64,000 bases of DNA from a virus (taxonomy: Duplodnaviria > Heunggongvirae > Uroviricota > Caudoviricetes), in the IMG/VR virus record IMGVR_UViG_2675903278_000002. One strand, written 5' to 3'. Under the pieces are notes generated by a model. The model saw only the letters and a list, made by a program, of their open reading frames with translations, did no database searches and had not been told where the DNA came from. Position numbers and translations under genes: made by a program. Shown piece by piece: positions 39,303 to 50,259 of this stretch (position 1 is the first letter of the stretch; each line of letters opens with the position of its first letter).

Positions 39303-40358
39303 CTATTTGCGAGTCTTTGCCTTGCGCAACTCTTCGAGAAGCGCCAGTTCTTCTTTACTCAACATGACCATTTTGCCTTCTTTTTCGTCAGGCACAACGT
39401 CGATAATGTCATCTTGATTCTCATCTGGGAGGCTATATTCCGTCTCATCATTATCGATTTTTGTTGATATTTGTGCCTGGCGTAACTTTGGCCGCCTATA
39501 GTGGATGACGAAGTAGACCGAGTTTCCGCGCTTAACTTCCGTGTAATCGAGATATCCTATCTCTCGCAGCTGTTCCATAGCCTTTCTTACCGTCGCATTC
39601 TGAGTAATAGTGCGACTTGTCAGATTAAGTCTGGCGCGTAAACGGGCTAGTGATATTGGTGCCGGATCAGGCGGCAAACTTTCAATAAAAGTATAAAGCG
39701 CCTGAGCGGATTCTTTTCTTGAGAGTTCGTTTATAGCCCGGAGTTGCAGAAGAACCTTTTTGTCGAACTGGTAGAGTTCGAAAATCTTGGGATCTGCTTT
39801 CAGTTCGACCGTATCGTGCTTGACACTATATTTTGCCGTTTGCACAAGATGCGTTACGTAAAACTCATCAGAGCCTTTGCTACGGAACGAGATGGTATTT
39901 GTGGCAATACGGCTTAGCGAACTGTCCAGGCGTTTGCGTAACTTCGCTGATGACCTGGCGGTCGGAATGCCACACAGCCTTACAAACTCAACGAACGGCA
40001 ACGTGACAGTATCGCCAACGACCTTGTGTTTGGCAAACGCGTGGATTATTCCCACCCACGTTTTAAAGTCGTTATCCATATCAAGCCGAAGGCCAGAGAT
40101 CCTTATGTCTTCGTACCCTTCGGCTTTTGCCAGAGACAGCTGTTTGAGTTCAGCAGAGGCATCCATAGAGACCATTTGCCCCTTTCTTCCTCTGGATGTC
40201 GATTTCAGCGTCGGAACGAAGAGGCCCAGACGCATCAAAGCAACAGGCTGAACAGTGTTATTAGTGTTAGGAACCAACGTAACAACTTCGCCTGTCTTTT
40301 TATCTGTTTCTGAAAATGCTTCAACGATCGCTATGTTTTTATTGCCGTTTTCGCTCAT
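39303..40358 (-). CDS. repA: Iteron-binding plasmid replication initiator (RepA-like)
   Basis: 351 aa ORF flanked on both sides by iteron arrays, with DnaA boxes and an AT-rich stretch upstream. Confidence 0.75.
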   Translation of the reverse strand: MSENGNKNIAIVEAFSETDKKTGEVVTLVPNTNNTVQPVALMRLGLFVPTLKSTSRGRKGQMVSMDASAELKQLSLAKAEGYEDIRISGLRLDMDNDFKTWVGIIHAFAKHKVVGDTVTLPFVEFVRLCGIPTARSSAKLRKRLDSSLSRIATNTISFRSKGSDEFYVTHLVQTAKYSVKHDTVELKADPKIFELYQFDKKVLLQLRAINELSRKESAQALYTFIESLPPDPAPISLARLRARLNLTSRTITQNATVRKAMEQLREIGYLDYTEVKRGNSVYFVIHYRRPKLRQAQISTKIDNDETEYSLPDENQDDIIDVVPDEKEGKMVMLSKEELALLEELRKAKTRK

Positions 40359-40384
40359 TCCAAATGTCTCTTGTTATTCGACGG

Positions 40385-41000
40385 CTTTGGTGGCCTTTGC
40401 TGATTACAGTGGATAGTAGCACTCATCACAGCGGTTATCCTACCGTCTATAGTGGTTTTTCTCCTCTCTATAGTGGTTGCTTTGCTCCCTATAGTGGATT
40501 ATTCGCTCTCTATAGTGGATATCGATCATGTCTGAAGGCAGATGGCACAACGGTTTGAGGTGGGCGGGGATCTTATTGGGTCTTTATGGGTCTCTTTGGT
40601 TCTCTTTGTGATCTGAATTACTGGATCGGGCCTGTGGATAAAAATCAGAGGATTTCAAGAACAGGTAACTCTACTCTTCTGTGGATATTTAAGGACATAA
40701 GAATCATGACTAAGAGTAGAGTTTAAAATATATCTATGTATATCAGTATGTTAATGAAGAATTAAGTCATTAAGTTATCCATAAAAGACAATGTGCTCTA
40801 CTCTCTACAGTGGATATATACAGCTCTCCAGAGTGGTTGTTTTACTCTTCATAGCGGTTATTCAGCTCTCTACAGAGGTTTCTTTGCTCTCCATAGTGGA
40901 TGGCAACACCCTTTCAGACCAGTAACCGCAACGGCTAGAGGCGATCGGGGATCTCTTTGGATCTTCTATTTGATCTTACTTGGGATCTCTTATTTGGATC
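40385..41000. promoter_or_regulatory. Putative plasmid replication origin: two clusters of approx 21-22 bp iterons (40385..40525 and 40795..40920), DnaA box TGTGGATAA at 40633..40641, AT-rich segment 40690..40790 and GGATCTCTTT-type repeats
   Basis: Tandem CTCTATAGTGGAT(T/A) repeats at regular spacing; DnaA-box matches; position immediately upstream of repA. Confidence 0.7.
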
Positions 41001-41101
41001 TATCCAGTGGATAACTGGGATAAGTAAAACAGGCAAATGCAGATTAAGGTATGCCTAATGAGTTATCGTAGCATCGGCCAATAACTACTGAAAAAACGAT
41101 T

Positions 41102-41746
41102 ATGGATCTAAAACGCACGCGCTGGGTTCGTCGTCTTGAGGACGGCTCCTACACTATCGAATCAAATTCCAACCTGAATAAGCAGAAGTTACTTTGTGAT
41201 ATCTGCGGTATAGCGGCGAAGTGCCCGATCTACGAAACCAGAATTAAACTTGATAAGGCTGGTGTGAACTTTCATTTGAATAGTTGTATCAGGTACGTTC
41301 CATTGCTCGCATTTCGTAAACCGATCATCGGATTGGATGCGCCCTACTTCAACACACTCCGTTCAGGAGTAACGTGGCGAGATCGTTTATCACCAGACAA
41401 ACTGATTTGCCTTGTATCCGCAGATACAGGAAAAATCATTCGTTTTGGGAAAGTAGACAAGGTTTACTCAGGCCCAGTTGACGAGATGTTGCGGAAACAC
41501 AGCCGGTTTAATCACCTCTGCATGGGTGGTGAGAAAATCGAGAAGGTTGAAGAAGTGATCCGCAAATCCTACGGACACTTCCTGACCAAAGATAGCCTGC
41601 TCACTGCAATCTACATCAGACATGTAAAACGTGAGTTCGACCTTGAATACCATAGCGAAGAAGAACTGAACCTTGTCGATCCACGTCCTAAAGCTGGCGT
41701 CATAAGCATAAATGCAGCGCGTAAAAAGCCCACTGACGCGCTGTAA
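41102..41746 (+). CDS. Hypothetical protein
   Basis: 214 aa ORF; no motif recognised. Confidence 0.45.
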   Translation: MDLKRTRWVRRLEDGSYTIESNSNLNKQKLLCDICGIAAKCPIYETRIKLDKAGVNFHLNSCIRYVPLLAFRKPIIGLDAPYFNTLRSGVTWRDRLSPDKLICLVSADTGKIIRFGKVDKVYSGPVDEMLRKHSRFNHLCMGGEKIEKVEEVIRKSYGHFLTKDSLLTAIYIRHVKREFDLEYHSEEELNLVDPRPKAGVISINAARKKPTDAL

Positions 41747-42000
41747 CCCTCCAGATCGTATATTGGCGTAGATAGAATCTACGCCCCCTCAAAATAGCTC
41801 TCATAGCGTTCTACAGTGATCCAGTCTTATTTTTAGTCATACAGACAAGCAAAGTTGCGCCACGATAAATAGGTATATACTTACTTATAAATTTTGTATA
41901 TTAAGGCGCTCGTTTCATTCCTAACATACCGTTATGCATAGTTGTTTACCTCCTCATTGCTCTTAGAATTTGTATCAAAATAACCACAAAGGAAAAACAC

Positions 42001-43086
42001 ATGACTTTGCCATACGGCGTCATTTCTGACTGCCACTACCACAAATGGGATGCGTTCTCCACGACGAACGCTGAGGGGCTTAACTCCAGACTTGAAATAC
42101 AGTTGGAAGCAACGAAAGAAGCAGCCATCGCCATGAAGAAGGCCGGTTGTAAGTACATGTTGGTTGCCGGTGATACATTTCACGTCCGAGGAACTGTGTC
42201 CCCTTCTGTTTTGCATTACGTAACTGAAACGTACAAGTGGATTATCAACGAGCTTGATCTGACAGTAGTAATGCTGGCCGGTAATCACGATCTTGAAACC
42301 AACGATTCAGTATATAGCGCCAACGCAGCAGCATCGCTGAGTTCTATCGGCGTGGTAATCGTATGTGGCAAGCGCCCACACTCAATAAAAATTGGTGATG
42401 TGACTGTCCACCTGATTAGCTGGCGTAACAATCATGCGGAGCTTATCAGCGATCTGAAAGCATTACGTAAGAGCGTAGAAGGTGATAATCATGACGTTGT
42501 TATCCATACATCCATTAACAAAGCCATTCCAACAATGCCTGACGTCGGTATCGATGCGCAGGAGTTAAAGGATATCGGCTTTCGTCTCGTGCTTAGTGGG
42601 CATTACCACAACCACAAAGAGGTCATTCCTGGAGTTATCAGTGTCGGTGCACTGACTCATCAAAATTGGGGAGATGTTGGATCTCTGGCTGGCTACATGA
42701 TCGTAAACCCGGACGGCAGTTTCAGTCACTACGAAACCAGTGCGCCTAAATTCATTAACCTGGAAGATGATGTTGCTGATGACCAAATTCGCGGCAACTA
42801 CGTGCGTTTCCGCGCCGTAATTGAGAACGATGAAGAAGGCATTAAGTACCAGAACATCCTCAAAACAATGGGTGCAAAAGGTGTCGTGTGCAACTTCATC
42901 CGTAAGTCATCAATGATGGAAGGTACAGCCAGCACAACTGAAACCAGCAAAATCGATAGCCTGGGAGAGTCGGTATCTGCTTATTGCAAGATTGTCCACG
43001 ATACTGACGGCGGATTTGATCTGAGCAAATTGGATATTTTGTGTCAGGAAATCCTCACCGAAGCGGAGAGTTCGGAGGCTGTGTGA
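42001..43086 (+). CDS. sbcD: SbcD/Mre11-like nuclease (calcineurin-like phosphoesterase)
   Basis: Metallophosphatase motifs GVISDCHYH, LVAGDTFH, MLAGNHD; followed by the SbcC-like ATPase gene. Confidence 0.8.
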   Translation: MTLPYGVISDCHYHKWDAFSTTNAEGLNSRLEIQLEATKEAAIAMKKAGCKYMLVAGDTFHVRGTVSPSVLHYVTETYKWIINELDLTVVMLAGNHDLETNDSVYSANAAASLSSIGVVIVCGKRPHSIKIGDVTVHLISWRNNHAELISDLKALRKSVEGDNHDVVIHTSINKAIPTMPDVGIDAQELKDIGFRLVLSGHYHNHKEVIPGVISVGALTHQNWGDVGSLAGYMIVNPDGSFSHYETSAPKFINLEDDVADDQIRGNYVRFRAVIENDEEGIKYQNILKTMGAKGVVCNFIRKSSMMEGTASTTETSKIDSLGESVSAYCKIVHDTDGGFDLSKLDILCQEILTEAESSEAV

Positions 43087-43315
43087 AGCAAAGTCGTTAT
43101 GGGAGCTTTCGAGACTTTGCCATCACGATGAAAAGACTTGAACGAGGCCAGACGGTGATGTTTCACAAGCCCTACCCGCCACAAGGAAATCCCGTAGCGT
43201 TTTATCTTGGAAGGTTAACAAGAAAAGGCGTATTGAGGCGCAGATCCTTCCCGGCGCATACGGAGTTCAGATTGAAAGAAGGCCAAAAGCTAACACGCGG
43301 TATCAGAGGTGTTAT

Positions 43316-45232
43316 ATGAAGTTTTTAAAGCTCCAGGTTGAGAATTTTATGGCTATCGCCAGCGCGGAGGTCGAGTTAGATCAGCGTGGTTTAGTGCTTA
43401 TTCAGGGTGTTAATAGTGATGATAGTTCCGCATCAAGTAATGGCTCTGGAAAGTCAACTCTAATGAATAGCCTGATGTGGTGTCTTTATGGCGAAACAGC
43501 TCATGGTGTGAAGGGTGACGATGTGTTGTCTACCGACCATGAAAAGAACTGTCGTGTTGCAGTAACCATCGAGGATGAAGGCAAGAGATACGCAATCATT
43601 CGTCACCGTAAACACAAAGAGTTCAAAAATCGTCTTATCGTTCGTGGTGAAGATGGCGATATGACGAAAGGCAAAGATGCGCTGACGCAGGAGTTCGTCG
43701 AGCGTCTGATCGGTGCATCTAAAGAGGTTTTCATGGCTTCCATCTATGCGAGCCAAGAAGCTATGCCAGATTTACCTGGAATGTCCGACAAAAACCTCAA
43801 AACCATCGTAGAAGAAGCCGCTGGCGTTGACAGACTGACACGCGCCTACGCTATTGCTCGTGAGCGAGCTAATGCAGCTGCCGCACGTATGGATGTGGTT
43901 AAAACCAAATTGGAGTCGACAATCTCGACCATTGAGGCAACACAGTCAGAAATTGAGTCAGCGAAAGCCTCCTCTGAATCATGGGAGCAAGAGCGTTCTA
44001 AACGTTATGACGATGCCCTGGCTGGGCTGGCCAGTGCCGAAGTTGAGTTAACGGAAGTTGAACTTGAGATCCGCACTCTTCCCGAACAGATACGTGATAC
44101 CGAGAAGGCAATCGAAAGTGAGCGCAAAAAGTTAGCCTCAAAAGAAGAACATGACGCCAAGTTGCTCAAAGTTCGTGGTGCGATAACTGATATTCGGGCA
44201 AGCATCAAAGCTACAGAAAATAGTCAGGCTGATGCAATGAACCGCGCGCGTAATTTTAAGACCAAAGCAGAAGAGGTTGGTACTAAAGTGGGATCACCAT
44301 GCCCTACTTGTGGCAAAGCCTACTGCGAAGAAGATCTATCAACGGTGAAGGAGAGTTTCATTGAACAAGCACGTCAGGAAATTGGTCAGGCGAAGACACT
44401 TGCAGAGGCAATGGCTAAACACAAAACGAATCTTGAGAAAGCGTTAAGCATTGAGTCTGCCCTTGTTAAAACGACACCTGATGTAACGGCTATCATTGCC
44501 CGGATTGAAGAGCTTACGAAACAACTCTCATCTTTGCGTCATCGTGAGAAGGAGGTTGTTGCTATTGAGTCTCTTGTGACTCGTGCTCGTACTGAGGTCG
44601 ATCGTATATCAAAAGAGATTAATCCGTTTATTGCTCTTATCGCCAGACACGAAGATAACTTGGTATCCAGTAAGTCTACCTTCAAGTCCTTAAAAGATGA
44701 GTCGAAGGCTATTCAGGAACAAACGTTGCTATTGGAAAAAGCTCGTCAGGTCTACTCTCCTGCCGGGGTGCGTTCTCATATTTTGACGTCTGTTACGCCT
44801 TTCCTGAATACACGCACTGCCGAGTATCTCAATACGTTGTCTGACGGGAATATTACTGCTGAGTGGTCGACGATGGATGTCACTAAAAAAGGTGAGTATC
44901 GCGACAAATTCAACATTAGTGTGCAGAAGAAAGGTTCAAGTAAGTCGTTCCAGACCCTCTCTGGTGGTGAGAAGCGGAAGGTTCGCATTGCGTGTTCTTT
45001 GGCATTGCAGGATCTGGTTAGTAACCGGGCGAGTAAAAACATCGATTTGTTTATCGGCGACGAAATTGACGATGCACTCGATACAGCCGGTCTTGAACGC
45101 CTCATGGGTATTCTGGAGTCCAAAGCTCGCGAGCGAGGTACTGTGCTGATTATCTCCCATAAAGAGATGAAGTCATGGTTCCGGGAAACTATTACGCTGG
45201 AAGTTAAAGAGGGGCGCAGCTATGTCGTTTAA
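43316..45232 (+). CDS. sbcC: SbcC/Rad50-like ATPase
   Basis: N-terminal Walker A GSGKSTLMNS, central coiled coil with CPTC zinc hook, C-terminal signature LSGGEKRKV and D-loop. Confidence 0.85.
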   Translation: MKFLKLQVENFMAIASAEVELDQRGLVLIQGVNSDDSSASSNGSGKSTLMNSLMWCLYGETAHGVKGDDVLSTDHEKNCRVAVTIEDEGKRYAIIRHRKHKEFKNRLIVRGEDGDMTKGKDALTQEFVERLIGASKEVFMASIYASQEAMPDLPGMSDKNLKTIVEEAAGVDRLTRAYAIARERANAAAARMDVVKTKLESTISTIEATQSEIESAKASSESWEQERSKRYDDALAGLASAEVELTEVELEIRTLPEQIRDTEKAIESERKKLASKEEHDAKLLKVRGAITDIRASIKATENSQADAMNRARNFKTKAEEVGTKVGSPCPTCGKAYCEEDLSTVKESFIEQARQEIGQAKTLAEAMAKHKTNLEKALSIESALVKTTPDVTAIIARIEELTKQLSSLRHREKEVVAIESLVTRARTEVDRISKEINPFIALIARHEDNLVSSKSTFKSLKDESKAIQEQTLLLEKARQVYSPAGVRSHILTSVTPFLNTRTAEYLNTLSDGNITAEWSTMDVTKKGEYRDKFNISVQKKGSSKSFQTLSGGEKRKVRIACSLALQDLVSNRASKNIDLFIGDEIDDALDTAGLERLMGILESKARERGTVLIISHKEMKSWFRETITLEVKEGRSYVV

Positions 45233-45965
45233 ATTAAGCCGCTCGCAGTTTTTGCAGGTATTTGCAGTGATGCAGTCGATAAAACTGATCAATGGGCATA
45301 CTTCCAATGGTGCGGCTCCACGTATTCTGTGGGGCAGCAACAATATTGACGGAGTACAATTCGCCGCGTTGCTTGGTCTAATATCCGAGACGCCATTGAT
45401 GCAAAGTTTGAAATCACTACCACCTGGATGTATTGCGCCGATCCTGATTAATCCTTTTGTTGAGGGGGGATATCTTCCCAACGTCGGGCCTGGGTTTATT
45501 GCATCCCATGAAACTGAAGATCTTAACATTAATAGCGAAGGGTTCTTTGGGGGAATGGGTGCGCATCACTGTATGGCTTTCACGAACCTTATTCGACTTG
45601 CCAATAAGCGGGTGGATAGTTTGGCATCGCCAGGTGATGCTTTTACTGGTTTCCTTATCCAAAGGAGGGATAAAAAGTACAGTGCGGACAAACTACAGTT
45701 TGTTGGTAAGTATGGAGAAATGGTAGAAATCGAACTTCAGCTCCCTCATGTTTTAGCAAACGATAGTGCAGACAGTCGGAGGCTATTGGGCATCATGCGT
45801 CATTTCATAGCAAGTGGTGTTAAACATGCCGCAGATAAACGTGTCACGCAGGAAAATGAGTATTCAGACTTTGCAAACTATCCCCAACCAACGTTGCAAA
45901 CGGCAATAGTAGCCAATTCGTTGGAGGCGAGATTATTGGAAAACCCTATATGGGGAACATGGTAA
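45222..45965 (+). CDS. Hypothetical protein
   Basis: 247 aa ORF overlapping the sbcC stop. Confidence 0.45.
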   Translation: MSFKLSRSQFLQVFAVMQSIKLINGHTSNGAAPRILWGSNNIDGVQFAALLGLISETPLMQSLKSLPPGCIAPILINPFVEGGYLPNVGPGFIASHETEDLNINSEGFFGGMGAHHCMAFTNLIRLANKRVDSLASPGDAFTGFLIQRRDKKYSADKLQFVGKYGEMVEIELQLPHVLANDSADSRRLLGIMRHFIASGVKHAADKRVTQENEYSDFANYPQPTLQTAIVANSLEARLLENPIWGTW

Positions 45966-45974
45966 GGAGACTAT

Positions 45975-46544
45975 ATGAGTAAAAAAATCAGCGTAGTTGG
46001 TGTTGATCCCTCAATGAGCAACTTTGGGCTTGCTGTGGGCACTTTAGACCTTGAGACGGACGAACTTGAGATTCACGGCCTTACTCTTGTTGAGACTAAA
46101 GCGGGGAGTAACAAAAAGACCGTTCGTGTGAACAGTGACGATCTGCGCCGCGCCAGTGAAATATGGCGTGTTGCGAAGCCAATCATTGATAAGGCAAATA
46201 TGGTTTTTTGTGAGCTACCGGTTGGGAGCCAAAACTCTCGTTCGCAGACGTCTTACGGTATTTGTATCGGTGTACTTGCGTGTGTGGATAAGCCATTGAT
46301 CCAGGTTACTCCAAACGAAATCAAGCATTTTGTCGGCAATAAACTTACTACATCGAAAGAAGAGATTATCCAGTGGGCTACGAAAAAACACCCTAAAGCA
46401 CCGTGGCTGCGTCGTAAGCAATCTGGACAGGATGTTCTCGTGAACAAAAACGAACATTTGGCTGATGCGGTGGCTGCCATCCATACCGGTATGCAAACAG
46501 ATCAGTTCCGCCAGGTGCGCGATGTTCTTAAGTCTCTCATTTGA
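45975..46544 (+). CDS. RuvC-like Holliday junction resolvase
   Basis: N-terminal VVGVDPSMSNFGLAV and C-terminal HLADAVAAIHTG resemble the RuvC catalytic motifs. Confidence 0.55.
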   Translation: MSKKISVVGVDPSMSNFGLAVGTLDLETDELEIHGLTLVETKAGSNKKTVRVNSDDLRRASEIWRVAKPIIDKANMVFCELPVGSQNSRSQTSYGICIGVLACVDKPLIQVTPNEIKHFVGNKLTTSKEEIIQWATKKHPKAPWLRRKQSGQDVLVNKNEHLADAVAAIHTGMQTDQFRQVRDVLKSLI

Positions 46545-46577
46545 TTTCATTGATAGGTAAGTGCTTATCTATTAACA

Positions 46578-46610
46578 TGGGCCACTATATTTAGTGGCCC
46601 TCTTTATTTG
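46578..46610 (+). terminator. Terminator-like hairpin between the RuvC-like gene and nrdA
   Basis: GGGCCACT-ATATTT-AGTGGCCC followed by TCTTTATTT. Confidence 0.55.
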
Positions 46611-46617
46611 GTGATAC

Positions 46618-48933
46618 ATGATAAGCATCGTAAAACGTAACGGCCAAACAGAGCCGTTATCCGAAGAAAAATACAACCGCGTCGTAATGTATGGCGTAGA
46701 AGGCATTCGTGGTGTAAGCGCATCCGCTGTAGCAATGGGAGCTGCGGCCAGCATTTTTGATGGGATTACCACCAGCCAGTTGCATGAGGCTTTGGTTAAA
46801 TCTGCCGCTGATTTGATCTCACCAGAAGCACCAAATTACTCACAGGTGGCTGCCCGCCTGAACATTTTTAAAATCCGCAAAGATGCCTTCGGTCGTTACG
46901 ACTATCCGAACTTCTACCAACACATTGTCAAGAACGTTAACAAGGGCGTTTATGACAAGGATTTGCTGACACATTATTCGTTTGAAGAGATCGAAGAACT
47001 CGGCAATTACATTAAGCCGAAACGTGACGATCTTTTTGGCTATGCAGCTACGGTGCAGTTGCAAAGCAAATACCTCGTTCAAAACCGTGTTACTGGTGAG
47101 ATTCATGAGGGGCCGCAACATATCTATATGCTGGTAGGCATGTGTCTGTTCCAGAATTGGGAAGACGACTGCGCTGGCAAAACACGTATGGAGATGGTCA
47201 AAGGTTTCTATGACGTTACAAGTACGTTCAAACTGTCTCTGCCCACACCAATCATGGCCGGCGTCCGTACTCCAACCCGTCAGTTCTCCAGTTGTGTGCT
47301 GATTGAGTCTGGCGATAGTCTGAAAGGGATTAGTGCAGCTTCAGCCGCAATTATCGACTACGTTTCACGTCGTGCTGGAATTGGTATTGGTTTTGGCCGT
47401 ATCCGTGCGCTGGGCAGCGAGATCCGCAATGGTGAAGCCACCCATACCGGAGTTATTCCATTCCTGAAGCATTTCCAGACGGCTGTTAAATCTTGTTCGC
47501 AAGGTGGTGTTCGTGGTGGCGCAGCAACAGCGTTTTACCCGATCTGGCATCTTGAAGTTGAAAGTCTGCTGGTGGTGAAAAATAACCGTGGTATTGATGA
47601 AAACCGCGTTCGCCATCTTGATTACGGCGTCATGAGTAACCGTCTAATGTACCGTCGACTCGTCAGAAGCGAGAACATCACTCTGTTCAGCCCGCATGAT
47701 GTGCCTGATATGTACGAAGCCTTCTTCACAGACCAGGAGCTGTTTGAAAAGCTGTACCATAAATACGAAGCCGATGATTCAATTCGCAAGAAGTCAGTAC
47801 CTGCCATTGAGCTGTTCTCATCTCTGATGCAGGAACGAGCGTCCACGGGCCGAATTTATATTGCGAACGTCGATCATATTAACGAGCATGGCGCTTTCAT
47901 TCCTGCTCTTGCACCTGTTCGCCAGTCAAACCTGTGCATGGAGATCACTCTACCCACTCGTCCACTGGCATTTACCGACGACCCGAACGGTGAGATCGCG
48001 CTATGCACTTTATCCGCTTTTAACCTCGGAGCCATCCGTTCACTGGAGTCTCTTAAAGAGGTGGCGTTCTATGCCGTTGCTGCACTGGATTCGTTACTGG
48101 ATTATCAAGACTATCCGATGGAGGCAGCCGAAGTGCCTGCCAAAGCTCGTCGTAGCTTGGGAATTGGTGTAACCAACTTTGCTTATTACCTGGCAAAGAA
48201 TGGCGTTCGTTATTCTGATACCGCTGGCAATAAACTGGTGCATGAAACGTTCGAAGCTATCCAGTATTACCTTCTTGATGCCAGCTGCCGACTTGCTGAA
48301 GCAAAAGGTGAGTGTGACTGGTTTGAGCAGACCAAGTACGCAATTGGTCAGTTGCCGATCGACCATTACCGTTCTTCATTAGACGAAAGTGGCGAAACCA
48401 ACTTTGAGTTAAAGATGCCGTGGGAAGAACTGCGTGAACGTATTGCAAAATACGGCCTTCGCAACTCCACACTGACGGCACAAATGCCATGCGAGACTTC
48501 CAGCCAGATCACTAATTCCACCAACGGCATCGAACCGCCTCGTGGACCGGTGTCGGTGAAATCTTCTAAGGACGGCATCGTTAAGATGGTCGTGCCTGAG
48601 TTTGAAAAACTGAAGGAACAGTATGAATACCTGTGGGATATGCCGGACAACCGCGGCTATCTGACAAAGGTGGCGATCATCCAGAAGTTCTTTGACCAGG
48701 CTATTTCAGCCAATACCAACTATGACCCTTCTCGCTTTGAAGGCGATAAAGTCCCAATGATGACGCTACTGTCAGATTTGCTTCTCGCCTACAAGATGGG
48801 AGTTAAAACGCTTTACTACCACAACACCAGAGATGGGGCAGGAAAGCGTGATGACGACGAACCGCAGAATCCACTGACGCAAGCTGTAGCCGTCGAGCCA
48901 GAAGATGAGTGCGACGGAGCCTGCAAAATCTGA
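46618..48933 (+). CDS. nrdA: Ribonucleotide reductase class Ia alpha subunit (NrdA) with N-terminal ATP cone
   Basis: 771 aa; ATP-cone start MISIVKRNGQTEPLSEEKYNRV; catalytic-core motifs including NLCMEI and C-terminal Cys pair. Confidence 0.9.
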   Translation: MISIVKRNGQTEPLSEEKYNRVVMYGVEGIRGVSASAVAMGAAASIFDGITTSQLHEALVKSAADLISPEAPNYSQVAARLNIFKIRKDAFGRYDYPNFYQHIVKNVNKGVYDKDLLTHYSFEEIEELGNYIKPKRDDLFGYAATVQLQSKYLVQNRVTGEIHEGPQHIYMLVGMCLFQNWEDDCAGKTRMEMVKGFYDVTSTFKLSLPTPIMAGVRTPTRQFSSCVLIESGDSLKGISAASAAIIDYVSRRAGIGIGFGRIRALGSEIRNGEATHTGVIPFLKHFQTAVKSCSQGGVRGGAATAFYPIWHLEVESLLVVKNNRGIDENRVRHLDYGVMSNRLMYRRLVRSENITLFSPHDVPDMYEAFFTDQELFEKLYHKYEADDSIRKKSVPAIELFSSLMQERASTGRIYIANVDHINEHGAFIPALAPVRQSNLCMEITLPTRPLAFTDDPNGEIALCTLSAFNLGAIRSLESLKEVAFYAVAALDSLLDYQDYPMEAAEVPAKARRSLGIGVTNFAYYLAKNGVRYSDTAGNKLVHETFEAIQYYLLDASCRLAEAKGECDWFEQTKYAIGQLPIDHYRSSLDESGETNFELKMPWEELRERIAKYGLRNSTLTAQMPCETSSQITNSTNGIEPPRGPVSVKSSKDGIVKMVVPEFEKLKEQYEYLWDMPDNRGYLTKVAIIQKFFDQAISANTNYDPSRFEGDKVPMMTLLSDLLLAYKMGVKTLYYHNTRDGAGKRDDDEPQNPLTQAVAVEPEDECDGACKI

Positions 48934-48938
48934 CATAT

Positions 48939-48973
48939 GGTGGGGGATATCCCCACCTTCTCTTTGATTTGTA
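48939..48973 (+). terminator. Terminator-like hairpin downstream of nrdA
   Basis: GGTGGGG-ATAT-CCCCACC followed by T-rich tail. Confidence 0.55.
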
Positions 48974-49039
48974 AGCCTTGTTTAAACACATAAGATAACA
49001 ACTTGTTTAAACGCACCAAAAAAGAAAAAGGAAAAACAC

Positions 49040-50182
49040 ATGTCATATTCAACGTTCCGTTTGGGTGCTAATGATGCAACCAAAGAGCCTATGTTCCTCG
49101 GACAATCTGTCAACGTGGCACGTTACGATCAGCAAAAATACCGTGATTTTGAAAAGTTGATTGAACGTCAATTGTCTTTCTTCTGGCGGCCGGAAGAAGT
49201 TGATATTTCGAGCGATCGTATCGACTTCAACACGAAGCTGCGGGACCACGAACGTCACATTTTTCTGAGCAATCTCCGTTATCAAACGTTACTCGATTCA
49301 GTTCAGGGACGTAGTCCAAATGCAACGCTGCTGCCGCTTATCTCTATTCCTGAACTGGAAACGTGGGTTGAAACGTGGTCTTTCTCTGAGACTATCCATA
49401 GCCGCAGCTACACCCACATTATTCGTGGCATGGTGGACGATCCGAGCATTGTTTTTGACGGTATTGTTACGGATGAAGAAATCATCAACCGAGCGATCAG
49501 TATCTCTGCTGAATATGACAGGCTTTATGGGATGACCTGCGAGCGCCAGTCGTTAGGTGAGAAGGAATTTGAGCGTCTGTACGTAAATGAATATGGCTGG
49601 GAGCCATACCCTTTGCACCGTCAGCTTTTCCGCACGTTGGTGTCCATTAATGCGCTTGAGGCGATCCGTTTCTATGTAAGTTTTGCATGTACGTTTGCCT
49701 TTGGCGAACGGAAGTTGCTTGAGGGTAACACCAAAATTATGCGCTTTATTGCCCGTGATGAAGCTCTGCATTGCGAAGGAACTGAACGCATGATCCGCTT
49801 CATGCGTACCGGTCGCGAAGGTTTATTGTGGAAAGAGATTGCTGCTGATGAAGAAAACGTCATTTACGACACCATGAAATCAGTCGCCGAACAAGAAATG
49901 AACTGGGCAGACTATCTCTTCAAAGACGGTTCGATGATTGGTTTAAACGCGGATATTCTCAAAACCTATGTAAAATACCGCACCAATCTGGCTATGAATC
50001 GTCTTGGCCTGAAGGCTTTATTTCCAGAGGTTACCACCGATCCGCTGGTCTGGATGAACAAGTGGTTGTTAACCGACACACTGCAAATTGCACCACAAGA
50101 GGCAGAGCAAAGCACATATCTGGTAGGTCAGATCGATTCTACCGTGGATAAGGCTTCTCTAAGCCAGTTTGCAGACCTGTAA
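49040..50182 (+). CDS. nrdB: Ribonucleotide reductase beta subunit (NrdB)
   Basis: 380 aa; di-iron ferritin-like motifs ([20 protein letters not shown]); adjacent to nrdA. Confidence 0.9.
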   Translation: MSYSTFRLGANDATKEPMFLGQSVNVARYDQQKYRDFEKLIERQLSFFWRPEEVDISSDRIDFNTKLRDHERHIFLSNLRYQTLLDSVQGRSPNATLLPLISIPELETWVETWSFSETIHSRSYTHIIRGMVDDPSIVFDGIVTDEEIINRAISISAEYDRLYGMTCERQSLGEKEFERLYVNEYGWEPYPLHRQLFRTLVSINALEAIRFYVSFACTFAFGERKLLEGNTKIMRFIARDEALHCEGTERMIRFMRTGREGLLWKEIAADEENVIYDTMKSVAEQEMNWADYLFKDGSMIGLNADILKTYVKYRTNLAMNRLGLKALFPEVTTDPLVWMNKWLLTDTLQIAPQEAEQSTYLVGQIDSTVDKASLSQFADL

Positions 50183-50259
50183 ACCGATACAAAGCATTAT
50201 GTGGCCTGGCAACGCTGGGCCACAATGGATCACAAGAATTAAGAAGGAACAAAACTAGC

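Noticed and set aside
40316-40558. 80 aa plus-strand ORF with repetitive YSG... translation
   Set aside because: It is the translation of the tandem iterons (CTATAGTGG repeats) in the origin region; repeat-derived artefact, not a gene
38822-40920. Possible CRISPR array suggested by many short direct repeats
   Set aside because: Repeats occur in both orientations with irregular spacing, no uniform spacer length and no cas genes; they flank a Rep initiator gene and carry DnaA boxes, so they are iterons
40793-41014. 73 aa plus-strand ORF with repetitive LHSGY translation
   Set aside because: Same artefact: reads through the second iteron cluster
43041-43319. 92 aa ORF bridging sbcD and sbcC
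   Set aside because: Overlaps the 3' end of sbcD out of frame with no RBS or motif; possibly real but unsupported
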